The position numbers and the translations under genes are program-made. Under the pieces are notes generated by a model. That model did no database searches and had not been told where the DNA came from. It saw only the letters and a list, made by a program, of their open reading frames with translations. A DNA stretch of 62,305 bases, counting the filler, from Basidiobolus ranarum (taxonomy: Eukaryota), in the NCBI GenBank assembly GCA_040143965.1. It is 8 parts of 8 records of this genome, joined end to end, with 100 filler letters (N's around TTAATTAATTAA, not from the genome) between each part and the next. Parts side by side here need not be neighbours in the genome. Positions count along the whole stretch, not along the records: positions 46,844 to 54,527 come from JASJQH010001081.1; positions 54,628 to 62,305 come from JASJQH010001082.1; 6 more parts are not named here. One strand, 5' to 3'. Numbering within the stretch: position 1 is the first letter of the stretch; each line of letters begins with the position of its first letter. Below are positions 48,600 to 61,963 of the stretch, piece after piece.

Positions 48600-49358
48600 A
48601 TGAAAGTAGTGGGATTAACTGGTGGTGCCGCTTCAGGTAAACTTTCATTAGTTGGGGTGATCTTTTTTTTCTTCTTGCTAAACTCAATCTTTCAGGAAAG
48701 AGTAGTGTGGCCAAGATCATCCGTCAAGAAGGTTATCCTGTATTAGATATAGATAAACTTCTTCACCTTACTCCTACCAATCCGTCGAAAGCATCAACTC
48801 TGTTTAGGTGGTTCTTCAGAATACTGAGTTTAATAAAGAAATATTCCCAGGCAAAAGTCAACACGACTTTGGGACCCAACGATTTAAGACGGATTCTTTT
48901 GAAATGGGTGTTATGGAAATATATCACTGGATACCGAATGGTATTTGTTAAATCAAGGTTGCTGTATGAACAAGGTCTATCGCGCTTCGTCAGTGCTGTT
49001 ATAATGGTTTATTGGTGTGTATCTTTTTTCTGTGGTGTATTCTCCAATGGTCTGTTAACATTAACAACTTTTAAATAGTACGAAGGAAGTCATGATTCAA
49101 CGTCTTATGGAACGAGATGGGTGCCACGAAAATCTAGCTGTCTTGCGCGCAGAGCCCAACGGTTGGATTGAGAAGAAGCGACAGATGGCTGACTATGTAA
49201 TTCATAATTCTGACTCTTTTCGAAATACCGAGAGTCAAGTACTCCTTGTTCTGGATAAATTGCGCCCTTCTTGGACATCATCCATCATTCCTTTACTTGT
49301 ACCTACTATAATGGCTACCACAGTTTTAGGATTCTGGATAAAGTCTCGACAGCTTTAG
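48600..49358 (+). CDS. Dephospho-CoA kinase-like protein (divergent; 2 introns)
   Basis: Spliced N-terminus MKVVGLTGGAASGKSSVAKII..GYPVLDIDKL (P-loop), RLLYEQGL, IQRLMERDG, ADYVIHNS and a C-terminal hydrophobic anchor as in fungal Cab5. Confidence 0.75.
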
Positions 49359-51466
49359 GATCGATTTTTGGTGATATATTTTTATGTGTATGTTTGTAAT
49401 CAAGATAACATCTATAGTTCTTGTATAAAGCCTTTTTCTAAATATACTCCATTCGAAAGCATGTTAAAAATTCTGACCAATGATAAAAATATGTTGGCTT
49501 GTATCTGTCAAAGAGTAATGCAAGCAATGATATTAGTATGATAAAGCAGCAGAACTTTCCGTCTAGATGCATTGTAAAGAAGTATTGATTCCCTTAACAT
49601 AGTACATAGAAAAAGAAAATCACCTTTCCCCATCGTTCCATCCTGCACGGAGATAAAATTCAAAATCGACAATACAGTATTATTAATCCGCAGTATTTTA
49701 TATTAATACTAGCCCATTTGATACTTCATAAGCGTATTGCATTGATTCTATAATCTTAGGGTGAGATTAACCTACGTCAAGGAGGAATAGTGCATTTGGT
49801 TGGATTGTTATTTATTTATTCATTTTCCATTTTCCATTTATACCAAAAGAATTTACACTTCTTATGCTTGTGATACTACCTGGCAAATACTACCCTAGTG
49901 AACGAGCACAGTATTCTAATATTGGCATCTAGAGCTATGTAATACAGTATTATAATGGCACACTGAAGGGATGGTATTTAGAGAACAGTTGAGAAGTACT
50001 AGCGAGCATGGCATGCATGGTAATTGTGAATCCTGCATATTTCAAGTTTAAATGGTATGGTGGTACAATTGATCCAGGTGGGCTATATATATACATATAT
50101 ACAAAAAAGATATTAACTCGTTTACTAGTATCAACATCAACAGTAAGGTGTGAGTGCAAGTAGCCAGTCCTAAAACGGAATAGAGACCAGATAATTAAGA
50201 TCCACTACTCCAATGTCCAAGCAGGGATATAAGTTACCAGAAACTATGATCCACTCCTACTCTGTTCCAAATTAGTAAATCAACAGCTACACTGGAGGTG
50301 TGACATCTCATGGATACGTGGATTTTTCACGAAAAGTAAAAAGAAGCCTTTACAGTATGTTGATGCTGAGGTACCCTCTTTAAGAATGAATTAATATCTT
50401 TTGAGAGTTACCGTGAAAGACAATCAGTAGTAGTGTTGCATTCGAAGAAGGCCTTCGTTGGTGAATTACTGGTTAAGCTACAAATCCAATTTCAGATAAC
50501 GCCTTAACAATTGGTATAGTATAGGAGTTGATTTTCAACTCCCAATCACCGCACTTCAGTTATAGATAGGCTCTATATATCACCAAACAAAGTGGATTGA
50601 TGCTATTGATTGAGAGGCAGTCACAGCATGTGTCACGTAATTCGAATCAACATATTGAGGGTTTGCGACAAAAACAAATAGCACGCAGATCTTGTTGTTA
50701 AGGTGCATTTACAGGGATCGCTTACTTCCATAGTGATCTAAAAGCAATACTAGATACATTGCGAAAGGAGAAGTTATTGTGGTTCAGAGTTATTATTGCT
50801 ATTGATCTATTACTGTAGGAAGGCCGAGTGAGTGAAGGGTACTAAATCATTTAGACATTGTAGGGTAGCAAAGTTGAGATATCTTACCCTACCGAGTGTA
50901 TGTCCAAGTCCTCTCTTCTCGTTGGTGATGGTGTGAGTAGTTGATCCAATGGTATCCTGTAGATTCATTATGCAAATATAAATATAAATCGGAAACTGTA
51001 CATAAAGAAGAAGCTTGAAGTAGCATCAGTCAACATTCTCCACTTACTCTACTGTAGTTTGAATCGGCTCTGGTTCGTCCAAGAGTTTGTTGATTTGTTC
51101 GTGGAGGTAGAGTTCTGCAGATTGACGCATCTATTTCATCTCCTGCTACGGTATTCTTCTCCGCTAATTCTAATTCTCCCACATATTGCATACGCTCAAA
51201 ATATTTCCTAGTGAAGCCCTAGTACAAGCCCCTCATCAACTTCAATCTGACAATTCAGATTGCTTTGCAACTATTTAATTCACAGTGTATCTTGCTTTCC
51301 TGGTTTTCTGCAGTTTTTGGATTTCTTTCTATTCCTCAGCTGTAGTTTCTTTAACTTAGTGACTCGTGACCTGACTTAATTCTAAATATCCTCCTCAAGT
51401 ATCCAGTCACCATAGGTGACCCTTATAAGAGGTCCCATCAAGTTTTTATAGCCAAGTCAGTAAACA

Positions 51467-53234
51467 ATGATGTCCACCACTAGTGGAGAGAACCCGCCTA
51501 TATACAAAACCATCGGTCTTATTCTTGCTGTATCCAGCGGTAAATTATCCTTTCAGTACGACGGGGTTGCATTAACTTCGCTAACTACTATTGTGAAAGA
51601 TAGGCTTCTTCATTGGAAGTAGCTTTATAATAAAGAAGAAAGGGCTTTTGCAATCATACGCTGCTGGTAAGAGTGAATCTCCCTCATATTACACAACCAT
51701 CATCTATTAACCAGGATTTCAGGTGGTGTTCCAGGCGAGGGACATCAATATCTAAAATCTAAGCTATGGTGGGCTGGAATGATTTTGAGTATGTTCCCTT
51801 ATTTTGTTTGACTACGGCTTATTTACTAATTAATTTTCAACATCAGTGGTTGTAGGAGAGATACTTAATTTCGTTGCCTATGCATTCACCCCGGCCATTC
51901 TAGTCACTCCCTTAGGGGCTTTGAGCGTCGTTGTCAGGTATGTTATACTCCTAACTAGTAAAATATATACAATCTGCTGATCTCAACTCTCCTACAGTGC
52001 TATACTCTCAGCTGTTTTCCTCAACGAAAAACTCACATTTGTAGGGAAAATTGGGTGCGCTATCTGCGTGGTAGGGGCTATCATTATCGTGTTACATGCA
52101 CCAGAGCAGAACGCTCCACCGACAATCGCAGCATTTATGGAATACGCAATATCTCCAAGTAAGTATGTTCCCGCAGGTGCAAGTTTCATTGTGATTTTGC
52201 GACTTATCATCAAAATTTCCCCTACTTTAGTATTCGTCACCTACGCAATAGTCGTTATTTTGATCAGTCTTTTTTTGATCTTTAAAATTGCACCTAGGCA
52301 TGGGAAGAACAATATGCTAGTGTATATTAGCGTTTGCTCACTTATAGGTTCTCTTTCTGTAGTCTGTACTCAGGGACTTGGTGCTTCGATTGTGTACTCT
52401 ATCACTACTGAAAACCAGTTCAAGCATCCTTTCATTTACGCTCTGTTGATATTTGTTATTGTTACGCTACTGATTGAAGTAGACTACTTGAACAAAGCGT
52501 TAAATCTATTCAGTACTGCAATTGTGACCCCAGTGTACTATGTAATGTTCACTACCTACACCATCCTCTCGACAGCTATCTTGTTTAGAGGCTTTCATGC
52601 AGAACCATTGAGTATTGTCACCGCAGTATGTGGCTTCTTAGTAATATGTGGAGGTGTACTTTTACTTCATATTTCTAAGGAATCAGAAGAAGCAGTTAGC
52701 GAAAGTCGTAACGAGTTGGATTCCGAAATGGGGCAAATCGAAAAACTCCCTCCAGCAGTCTTAGCAGATTCAGGGCGGATAAGATCAATTAATGGTGGTA
52801 GTCAAGAGCCTGTGGTGCCGATAAATCGTTCTACCGAACACTTGCCACTTCACCAATCATATAATATATTTACCCCTTCTCAATCATCTCCTCTCGCACG
52901 TAGAAAATCTAGTTCCGGGATCAGACGTACAACTACTACGATAGGCCCTCCCAGTGGCTTCGACTCGATCAGACGTACTCGGAGTAGAAGAGCCTACACT
53001 CTCGAGAGTGGATACTCGAGAAACCCAAGACAGATAGGAGTTAATGATTGCCAATTAGCATTGATTCCTAGTGCTGCTCCTGGGTTGTTGCCCGGTGTGA
53101 CCGTATCTAGAATTCGTTCGATATCATCGTTGAAATCTAATCGAAGTACTCGTTCAGATCATTCACGGACCGCGGTCCATCCTCAAGACACCGAAGGCAA
53201 TGTGAACTTGATTACCTCCCCTTCGGACAGCTAG
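51467..53234 (+). CDS. NIPA/DUF803 family magnesium transporter (multi-exon)
   Basis: IGLILAVSS, SFIIKKKGL, YLKSKLWWAGM, NFVAYAFTPAILVTPLGALSV, VYISVCSLIGSLSV and YLNKALNLFSTAIVTPVYYV. Confidence 0.9.
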
Positions 53235-53899
53235 TCTTTGTTCTCTAATGAAATATGTAATTTAATGGTTATCAAATCGATTTATAGAATGATTCTATTA
53301 TATTCCACTCCACTCCACTCCAACCCAACTTATTCTATCCTTTCCTATCCAATCCTATAGCTAATAGAACCCATCCACTCTCATAGGTTCAACATATCTA
53401 GTATGATGCTTGCTAGAGAGTTTCTTGTGAATTCGTTGGTCCATTTTGAGATATCCATTTCCTACCTATCTGACCAGTTTTTGCTGCCCTTCCTCCCACT
53501 AAAATTATAGAGTTTTTGCTTGTAAGTTATTTTTGGTATAAATTCACTCGGTCACTACAGGTACCAAAGTAATTCAGATGTAGGAATCACATAGTGAGTA
53601 TGCAAGAGACATCATCTTAATAAAAGGTTGAGATGCTACTTATATACGAGGTGATGGAATAAGTGCCATCTTAGTAGTATTACATGAACCTCGATCATTT
53701 CAAAATCATGATATATTCTTATTTATTTGGATGGATTCAAATGCTAGGGCTAATGTGATGAGTTCAAATTTATTACTAAAAGGTGAGTTGGGTATCAAAA
53801 ACTGATAACTATCATAGGATTCAACCAGTGATATCGGGAAAAGTTGCTTCTTATCCAGCAATACATTTGTGCTTCGTAATTTTGAGTATGTTTGCTGTT

Positions 53900-54527
53900 T
53901 TACTCGCCATTGGGGAGTAGCCACCTTCGAACTGCCCAACGCACCAAATACTGTCTTGTGGTGATCTTCGTTGTCGTAGCGTAGAGTTCTGTGGATACTG
54001 TGGGAGCAAGCAAGTGTTGGGTAGGGATGAATCCCGGTGATATAGGACTGAATGGTGGTGCACAGGTATAATCATTCTGCGGAGATATTGAGCCATACTC
54101 CTTTATCAAGTCTTCACTAATTTTCATCCATGCTTGCTTTAAACTAGGGTCAAAAAGAAAGACCACCGCCGTAATGGTTCCAGGACTAGCAGCAGTGATC
54201 ACACCACCGACATAGACCCAATATGGAAACTCTCCTTGGTGGTAAGTATAGACTGCATTTATTAGTTCGAACATGCGGGTGAATAGCGATATCATTGGGT
54301 ACCAGGCCACTCTGTATGCTGCCTGTTTGATGGATTCAAATGCGCTTCTTTGAGTAATACTAGAGAAAGGAACCTTCTTTCCCCCTCCGAATTCTAGTTC
54401 TATTTCTCTGGATCGGGCGTATATCTTCTTTAGGACCACAATAATCGTGAAGGCGAAGTATGTGACTGCTATTAGTACCCAGATATAGTAACTTGCCCAT
54501 TCCCATATATACCCATCAAGAAGACCT
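53900..54527 (-). CDS. 7TM / GPCR-like membrane protein, C-terminal part (cAMP-receptor/Git3-like; 5' cut by contig end)
   Basis: Three hydrophobic helices with RVAWYPMI and GTITAVVFLFDP (TM6/TM7-like) followed by a cytoplasmic tail. Confidence 0.55.
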
Positions 54528-54627
54528 NNNNNNNNNNNNNNNNNNNNNNNNNNNNNNNNNNNNNNNNNNNNTTAATTAATTAANNNNNNNNNNNNNNNNN
54601 NNNNNNNNNNNNNNNNNNNNNNNNNNN
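54528..54627. other. Artificial contig linker
   Basis: Same spacer. Confidence 0.98.
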
Positions 54628-54821
54628 CTGTTAAAAAGAAAAGAAAACTCTTCCCAGGGCATGTGCTGGCGTCTCCGATTTACATCCTCTGAGCTTGATT
54701 ACATTGGTCATCAGGTTAAGTATGGATATGATCCAGTATTATCACAATATCTTAAAAGATTGATGTCTTGATTGTCACTTTGTTTAGATTAGTATTTAAG
54801 CTAAATAAAGTCCACACCATA

Positions 54822-54982
54822 TGGTGCTTTTCATCCCCCCTAACATCTTGACTTTATCTTTGAATATTATATTCTAACTTGGCTTATTTATTTATTGACT
54901 TTGTTTAAATTGATAAATAAATAGTACACCTTCTGGTGTTTATCATCCCCCTAACCTTCTGGTGCTTTTCATCCCCCCTAAC
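54822..54982. repeat. Three copies of TGGTG(C/T)TT(T/A)TCATCCCCC(C)TAAC
   Basis: Copies at about 54822-54844, 54934-54955 and 54960-54982. Confidence 0.7.
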
Positions 54983-55526
54983 TCACTAACCCTAAGATAT
55001 GCCTCTTGCCACCTCTCATGTTGATAATATGTGTCTTACAAGAAGTGTAGTTTTCATGGTACTTGTGGTTTTTAAAGATGTGATAGTTGAAGGTACCAAC
55101 TGTATGGAAAAATAAAGAAATCAGAGTCAAGAAAGGTAAGTATTTCTTAGATGTAGTGCAACCGCAAAAATCTTTCAAAATTTGTGCTATGAAAATCAAA
55201 TGCACTTGATAAACTCACTCATCGAAGTCGCTACCTGAATACTAATAGCATTGGCATAAGCAAAGCAACAACACTACGCTTTCAAAAATTATTGCCGGAA
55301 TGTATCGGAAGCAGTATGCGCAACTATGTGACTACTTGCCTCATATTTATTAAACAATTAGCATTTATGTTTGATGGGAAATACACTAGAATCACTTGTG
55401 AGAGATAGTGTATTTACGCATAGAGTAAATAAGAAATAGGCGTAATATATTGTGAGAGAGTTTATTACATTTCAATGGTTAGAGGCGCATCAACTCTTAC
55501 TGACAACCTTGGCTATAGCCACAGCT

Positions 55527-56777
55527 CTACATCTTTGCTGGTGGATCGAGAACGTAATAGCCCAATCTAGGAAAGTGCACTACAGTATCCACACCCTTCC
55601 CAGATACCTTGTGAGGTCTGATGGCAATTTGGTCAACATCACAACCAACAATAACACCAACTACTGGTATTTTTCCAGTGTCGTCAGGAATCACCATAAC
55701 AACCTCTCCAGGCTTCCTATCATTACTATTCTGGGTGTCAGCGAAAGCCTGTACGGTAGCCTCTGTCCGCTTGGCAATTTCGATGGCCTCTTCTCCAGAC
55801 ATAGCACTACCTGCGTCGTCATGTCTCTTGGATTTGGTAAATTGTGTCAAACGCTGGAACCACTGCTTTATCAATGGATAGGTCTCCCATTCTTTACCAT
55901 ACACGTCCGGAGCCATGTTTAATCCGGTGAGGAACCAAGGATTCATATAAAGATGAATATCACCAATACTAGGGGTTTCCGTATCAGCAACCCATTCACG
56001 ACCATCTGAAAGTATATCCTCCAGTCTCTTGAGGTGAACACGAAGATGATCTTTCATAAGAGGTTTGGCACGAGTGGCCTCAGCAGGGTCAATTTCACGA
56101 CCTCTGTATTGAGAGCGGTCTTTAACAAACTCAGGAGCAGATTTAGCAAGTAATTCCCAAGGAATCAAAGATGCCGAAGTTTGAAAGAATGAGCGCTGAA
56201 ATATGGCACAACATGTGTTAATACTCAGACTAAAAACTTGGAGAATATATAACTTACATCTGTCCATTGAGCAAGAGATTGAATAATGCCGACATCTTTC
56301 TTATCGGACCCTTTACGGCAAGGGTAGAAAGAAGGTTCAGGGAATCTAAGTTTGAAATAATGATAATAATTCTGAAAGGTTAATACTTACAAGGATATCT
56401 TTCGAAAATAAGTAGAATATAAGAACCTCTTTTCTAATTCGTCCAGAATCAGAGCGGTATCACAGTATACGTCGGACCCGATTTGCAAAACAGGGATTCT
56501 TCTATAACCATGGGCCAAAGGGTCAAGAGTACTGAGAAAAGGAATATACTGATGTTTAGGGTCAAGTCAGAATGAAACTTTACTAGATCTAAGCTTACGG
56601 TCTGGGGAGTATCCTGGGCTGTTCAACTGATACCCATGGAATGGACTTGAAATCTAAAGCCTGCCTAATTTTCTCGGCATATGGGGAGTCTAGAAAGGCT
56701 TAGAACAGAGTACTTGTAAAATCAACGACCGAATCCTACTTACTTGGATAATGGTGAAGGATAACTGTTTGGGACAT
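55527..56777 (-). CDS. Glutathione S-transferase family protein (multi-exon)
   Basis: MSQTVILHHYP, SPYAEKIR, GYRRIPVLQIGSDVYCDTALI, PSIGDIH N-cap and C-terminal VVHFPRLGY. Confidence 0.85.
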
Positions 56778-59700
56778 TTTGAATATGAAATGCAGTGGCC
56801 AAATAAGTGAAACACCTTATATACGAGATTTCTTATTAGCACGCTTATGTCATCCTGTTTGTTGTGTCATGATATGCATAAGTACGATGTCAGCTTCAAT
56901 CCATTTCGGATAGGAGGACCGACAATTAGAATTCAAAACTCAAGTGGACATAGTTTGAGGAGGATCGCCTGGAATAACATCGATGAAGCGCCATTGCTTC
57001 GAGTGTCTTTTGGGTCGTTGGTACATTTAGGGTATAGCTTATTTGCGTTTCGATTTAGTCAGCATATATTACTTGCAACCAATTGCTGACGATAGAGATA
57101 GCAGTGCGTATGCCACAATTCACTGGGACGGTTACACCAGTCTGGATACCCTTTTGAAGGGTACAAAGAGGCAGCTGAGATATGGTGTTGAAGGACCTTG
57201 ATTTGGATACGTTCCAGCGATTAACAATAGACTACGAGTGCCGAATCCTCCGAAGCCTTGCTTACGAATAAATTCCTTAAGATAAACCACGGATTATATT
57301 ACGGACTCTTCCCAAGTAATACTAAAACGTTATTCTGGTCAAGCTCTTCAAGTTGGTTATTCACATTGGGTATTCATCGATATCAGCGACGATAATAGCG
57401 TGAACATGCGACTAATGATGCGGTATTCTGGCGATATGCAGGCTGCGCCACCTGGTGTGGACTTCATTCTCCCTTACTAAGCAGATCTCAACACTCAATC
57501 CTCGATGGCCTTAAATGGCATGATTTGTAAGTAGTAAAAGCTATTGAAAGCCCAGTACTACTCCCGGGTAACCCGCACCTTGATTCAGAAAGGACACAAG
57601 ATAACGCCAATTTAGTTCTGGATTGTTGATTGGTGGAATATTCGATATGATAGCAGATTGAAAAGAATTTCTTGGAGATATTTTGAAAGACAATCGAGCA
57701 AGGCAGTAGTAGCAGTCTAGCATGCATTGTGATATAGTAAGTAGAATGATCCTTAATCAGATTTCTCTCATACTCCAATCAAGAGAAGGAGCACCGTATT
57801 GGTAGGATTTCTTACGAATGAATTACGCTCATTGCTCATTACTAAGGTCACCTTAGAGTATTGTATTCAATGTTGTGGGAAAGGGCCGTTTTCACCAAAT
57901 CATACTCACTCCATGGCTTTGATGGTGATAAACTGGAAGTAGTCAGCAATGCTCACCAATTGGGATTGTTACCGCTTTTAGAATAGGTTGATTTGTTGGG
58001 TAGTCTAATTGGCCTTCAACAAAGGATGATTTCCCTGGATATGGTGCAACTCTAGGAATGCTACACAAAAATGCTCAGGTTTTCTGTAACTACCCCCATT
58101 TAGTCTTAATCTCCGTTGTCCGTATCGAGTTGGTAATCCAAGAATCTCATCCAACAACACCAGCTGGAGAATTAATGTTGTGAGCTACTTCGCCCCCAAA
58201 TGAGCCCTTCATGTACGTAGCATTAAGTTACAAACGAAATGAACAGGTGCACAAGAATTGAGGGTATTCCTAATAATTTACTATCTGGAGCAGGTTTGAG
58301 CAGTATGATTGGGTTCGATACCAGTTTAAGGAATAAAGTTTTAGGAAGCTTATTACGATTGGCTTTAAGACAACCAAAAACAGCGGCTATGTCAAATTTG
58401 CCCTTGCCGCAGATAAGACATGGATAAGGTTTTGTTGAAAGTTCCTTATTGTGACACTTTGCACATTCTTGAATGATTTACTCATATCCTAGAGTGTATC
58501 CCAATTTTGAGGTGATATATAAACAATTAATGATGCCAGCCATCTTAGAAGTGATAATGAGCTTTTTGGATGCTTGAAGATGGAGGAAAAAATGGAATGC
58601 AGAAAATTATATTGAACCAAAATACAGATCAAAAGGTGCTTAGATTAAAAATGGTTTCTCTAATTCTGACTTAAAGATATATTTATTGTATGAGCATTGA
58701 TGAAAAACAAAAAGATTCAAACTGAGTATGTAGAAAAATCAGTGGAAGAGCCACATTTAGTTCATAAGTATGCAACTATCTAAATTAGGTAAAAATCAAT
58801 GAAAAGAAAGTATCTGCATAAAAATAATATCAATATGCTGAATATGGGTATACTGGGCAAAGCATGCTACAGTCAGATATTCTTTGTAAACAGGAGGTAG
58901 ATTGGCAATAATGGATCATGACTTAACTCTGTAATAAGATGGCTGGAAGCTTGCCGCAGTAGGTAAAGACATTCAATGTGGCCATGTATCACTGTACGTT
59001 AGGTTAGAAAATCTTTGCTTCGAAGTATGGCATAAATTAAATATGCTTCTAATGAATTCTTTGTGCTAGCTTGATTCTACCCTCAGCATATCAGAAACAT
59101 ATTGCCTGGAGTGTCCTTGAAAAATCATGTTGATTCATGCGCTTTGCTACCTTTGCATCCAGATGCTGCTCTACTCAAATTATGGTAACTAAGCTCTCAA
59201 GAATGTTTCAGGAAATCAATTCGATCATTGCATACCAAGAACAGTATGTGTTCATCGCACATTCCATACTTGTTATAGTTACAAGGTCTTAATCTAGAAA
59301 TCAGTATTCAAGAAAGTGACATTATGAGATATAGGGTATGGGCCTGAATTCCCTATACTCTCTCCGATACTCTCTCTGATAGGCAAATAGATAGTTGATC
59401 GTCAATACTGAATTAACAAAAGGGAGATATGTAGAGAGTATATAAAGACTTGCTGTTGCGCTATGTCGGATTACTCCGACAAAAGGGAAATGCAAATACC
59501 ACCTGAATATAATTACCTGCCGCAAAGAACGGGAGAAGAAATACTTACAGTAGAAACTAGGACTAGTGATATTGTGCAAGATAAAAAATGTGATATGAAG
59601 CAGAAGTGTTTGTACGATGCCTGTGGGACAGGAACAAAAGCCTTACACTGAAAAGAAATTGTTTAAATGTGGGCAATAATCCATCAATCGATACTTATGT

Positions 59701-61963
59701 ATTATATTGATTAGATTCACTCCCTTGCATTGCAAAAAATTGCTTGCAGCTCTAACATGGGATTGTATGATAATTTTGTTTTCAGTAGCTCCTCTACTGT
59801 CTTTCACTACTATATAATAAAGGTTATCTTAATTTTATCATTTTAATACAAGAATATTTATCTAGTAAGTATGGCTATATTCAAGTGTAGATATTTTGTC
59901 ATGTGCGAAACAATGGTGCTTCTACACATTATTTTAGCACCATATACACTTCATCAGTAGTGAGTATTATGATCCTGAAAATGAGTCTTATATCTGTGAA
60001 GATCCACTGTAAACTGCACCAACTAAATTTACCAAGTTTTCCACATCTATTGCTAGCAAATAGTCACATGCTGAAATCAGAATAGGACAAATATGAACAC
60101 ACATACTTCGAATACTTGCCTTAAAAAACTCTATGTGAAGCCTCGTATTTCTGACTGCACTCACTATCACTTGCCTCTCATCAAAATGCAACAAATTGTT
60201 AGCCATACTTGCGTCTTAAATTCAGCTGAGTAATGAGCAGGGTGCAAGGTACAATCAATAGTTTCAAACTTGGAGAGTATCTGGAATGCCAATAGCTAGT
60301 ACTGGTAACCAGCCAATGCTTCAGATGATAGTCAACTGCACAGAAACACGGTTCATAACTATTTGCATAAAGTATTCATTCAATACAACAGATTTGAATA
60401 TTCGATAGCCAATTGCTTGCTTTGGCCAATTGACATGCACTTTTAGTCTGGAAACATACCAGATTATGTCTTGTATAGCAGTATAAGTCTGATATAAGTC
60501 AATTAACACGTATATCGTTAGTGGAACTCTATATTCCAGTTTGAAGAGTCTCATCAAAAATCAATATGCCATTGAAGTGAGTTTGATTGTTGCTCAAATT
60601 TCCTGCACTGACGACGAGTTTGTGTGCTTAAAATCACGAGTGGGGCATATAGAATAAGTGCAACGATAAATATTCCACTCGTTTTATCGGAGTTTTATAC
60701 TAGGACTGTTGCAAGTAACGATAGCTATAATACGCAACATTATTACTCCATATGGCAGTTATTTTCATGGGTATTCAGTGATATCAGGGCATGGCAGCTA
60801 GTGTATGTTGATGAGCGTCTAACGCGCTACCTTCTCTAGGTAATTTCCAGGTGTGGTTATTGCTAATAAAGACAATACATTACTTTACGTTCAACAAGCA
60901 TCCATTCTTGCCTTGTGATTTCTAGAGAACAGACAGCTTTTCAATAGCATCCCTTGAAATAAATGGTTGATTATTGTTACAGAATCAAGCACGCACTAGA
61001 GGCTGTATGATAGTTCCATCCAATAAGCGGATCAAGCCGGTCACTAATACAATTTGACGCGAGTACTTCAATTTGAAATCTTGCACCATAATTCGGAAAT
61101 ATTTCAATTTCACGATTGTAGATGCAATCAATACGATAGTGAGCGTGTTCAATGATGTGGAGTAGACAGGTTCTGTCAATCGAGTAAGTAATAAGCATAA
61201 CTTATGACGAAATAATGGCATAAGATTCTACTTTTCTTACCAATAGACAACCAGCTAGGCCATCTTCTAGTGTACCAGAAATATCATTTTTAGGATGTGC
61301 TCTGATGATAATCCGAAAATTGGATCCCAATGATGTGATTTGGATGGACCAATAAGGCAGTTGAGGTGTGTGGACAATCATCACAGAATGCCCTAAAATG
61401 ATATACTCTACTCAGTATAAACACCTTTTCTTGCAGTGGCTTCAATTATATCAGTCTCCTAGGCTTTATTAATGTCCAAGTAGTGTTTGTGGGAAGGTCA
61501 AACGGCATAGGGACAGAAGAATGTCCGCATACTCTACTGAATCCTGCTTCGACAAGTAGGCCAGATTCGTATGGTGATTTGTCAGAAACGTCCTGAAACT
61601 TATGTCTAAATAGCTGAGGTGCACAGTGTTTACGAAATATATAACTCTACAAGCACGGAATTTCAGTTGCTGGTTAAGCAATTTCTTCCGGTATGAATCT
61701 TGATCCCCCATCTACCTTACTGTATGTTTAATAAAGTGCGCATCTCAAGTAAGGATTATAGTCCTGACTTTTGGCGATTTCTCAGATGCAAACTAGTATC
61801 TGTACTACATCGCGTGCCAACGCAAACGATTGGCAGACACTATGATGAAATAAAGCTACCCAAAGGCAATAAAGTACCATCATTTATGGTTATAAAGAGA
61901 GCATAGCCTTACCGTTAAGTGCATCAAGTCTTTTTACTCGATATCTGTATCTTCATCAGAGAG

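Noticed and set aside
46844-54527. GPCR-like gene and Mg transporter as part of the peptide cluster
   Set aside because: Separated by an artificial linker; adjacency is only due to contig length sorting
7725-54627. Regularly spaced TTAATTAATTAA palindromes within N runs, and ORFs ending in XXXLIN
   Set aside because: Artificial six-frame-stop linker, not biology
58457-58960. Possible hAT dimerisation-domain remnant (YPNF...LMMPA)
   Set aside because: Too degenerate to support a call, although the CpG-poor composition suggests repeat origin
56847-61906. Numerous 60-96 aa ORFs in contig 8
   Set aside because: No recognisable motifs, often non-ATG starts; consistent with random ORFs in intergenic DNA
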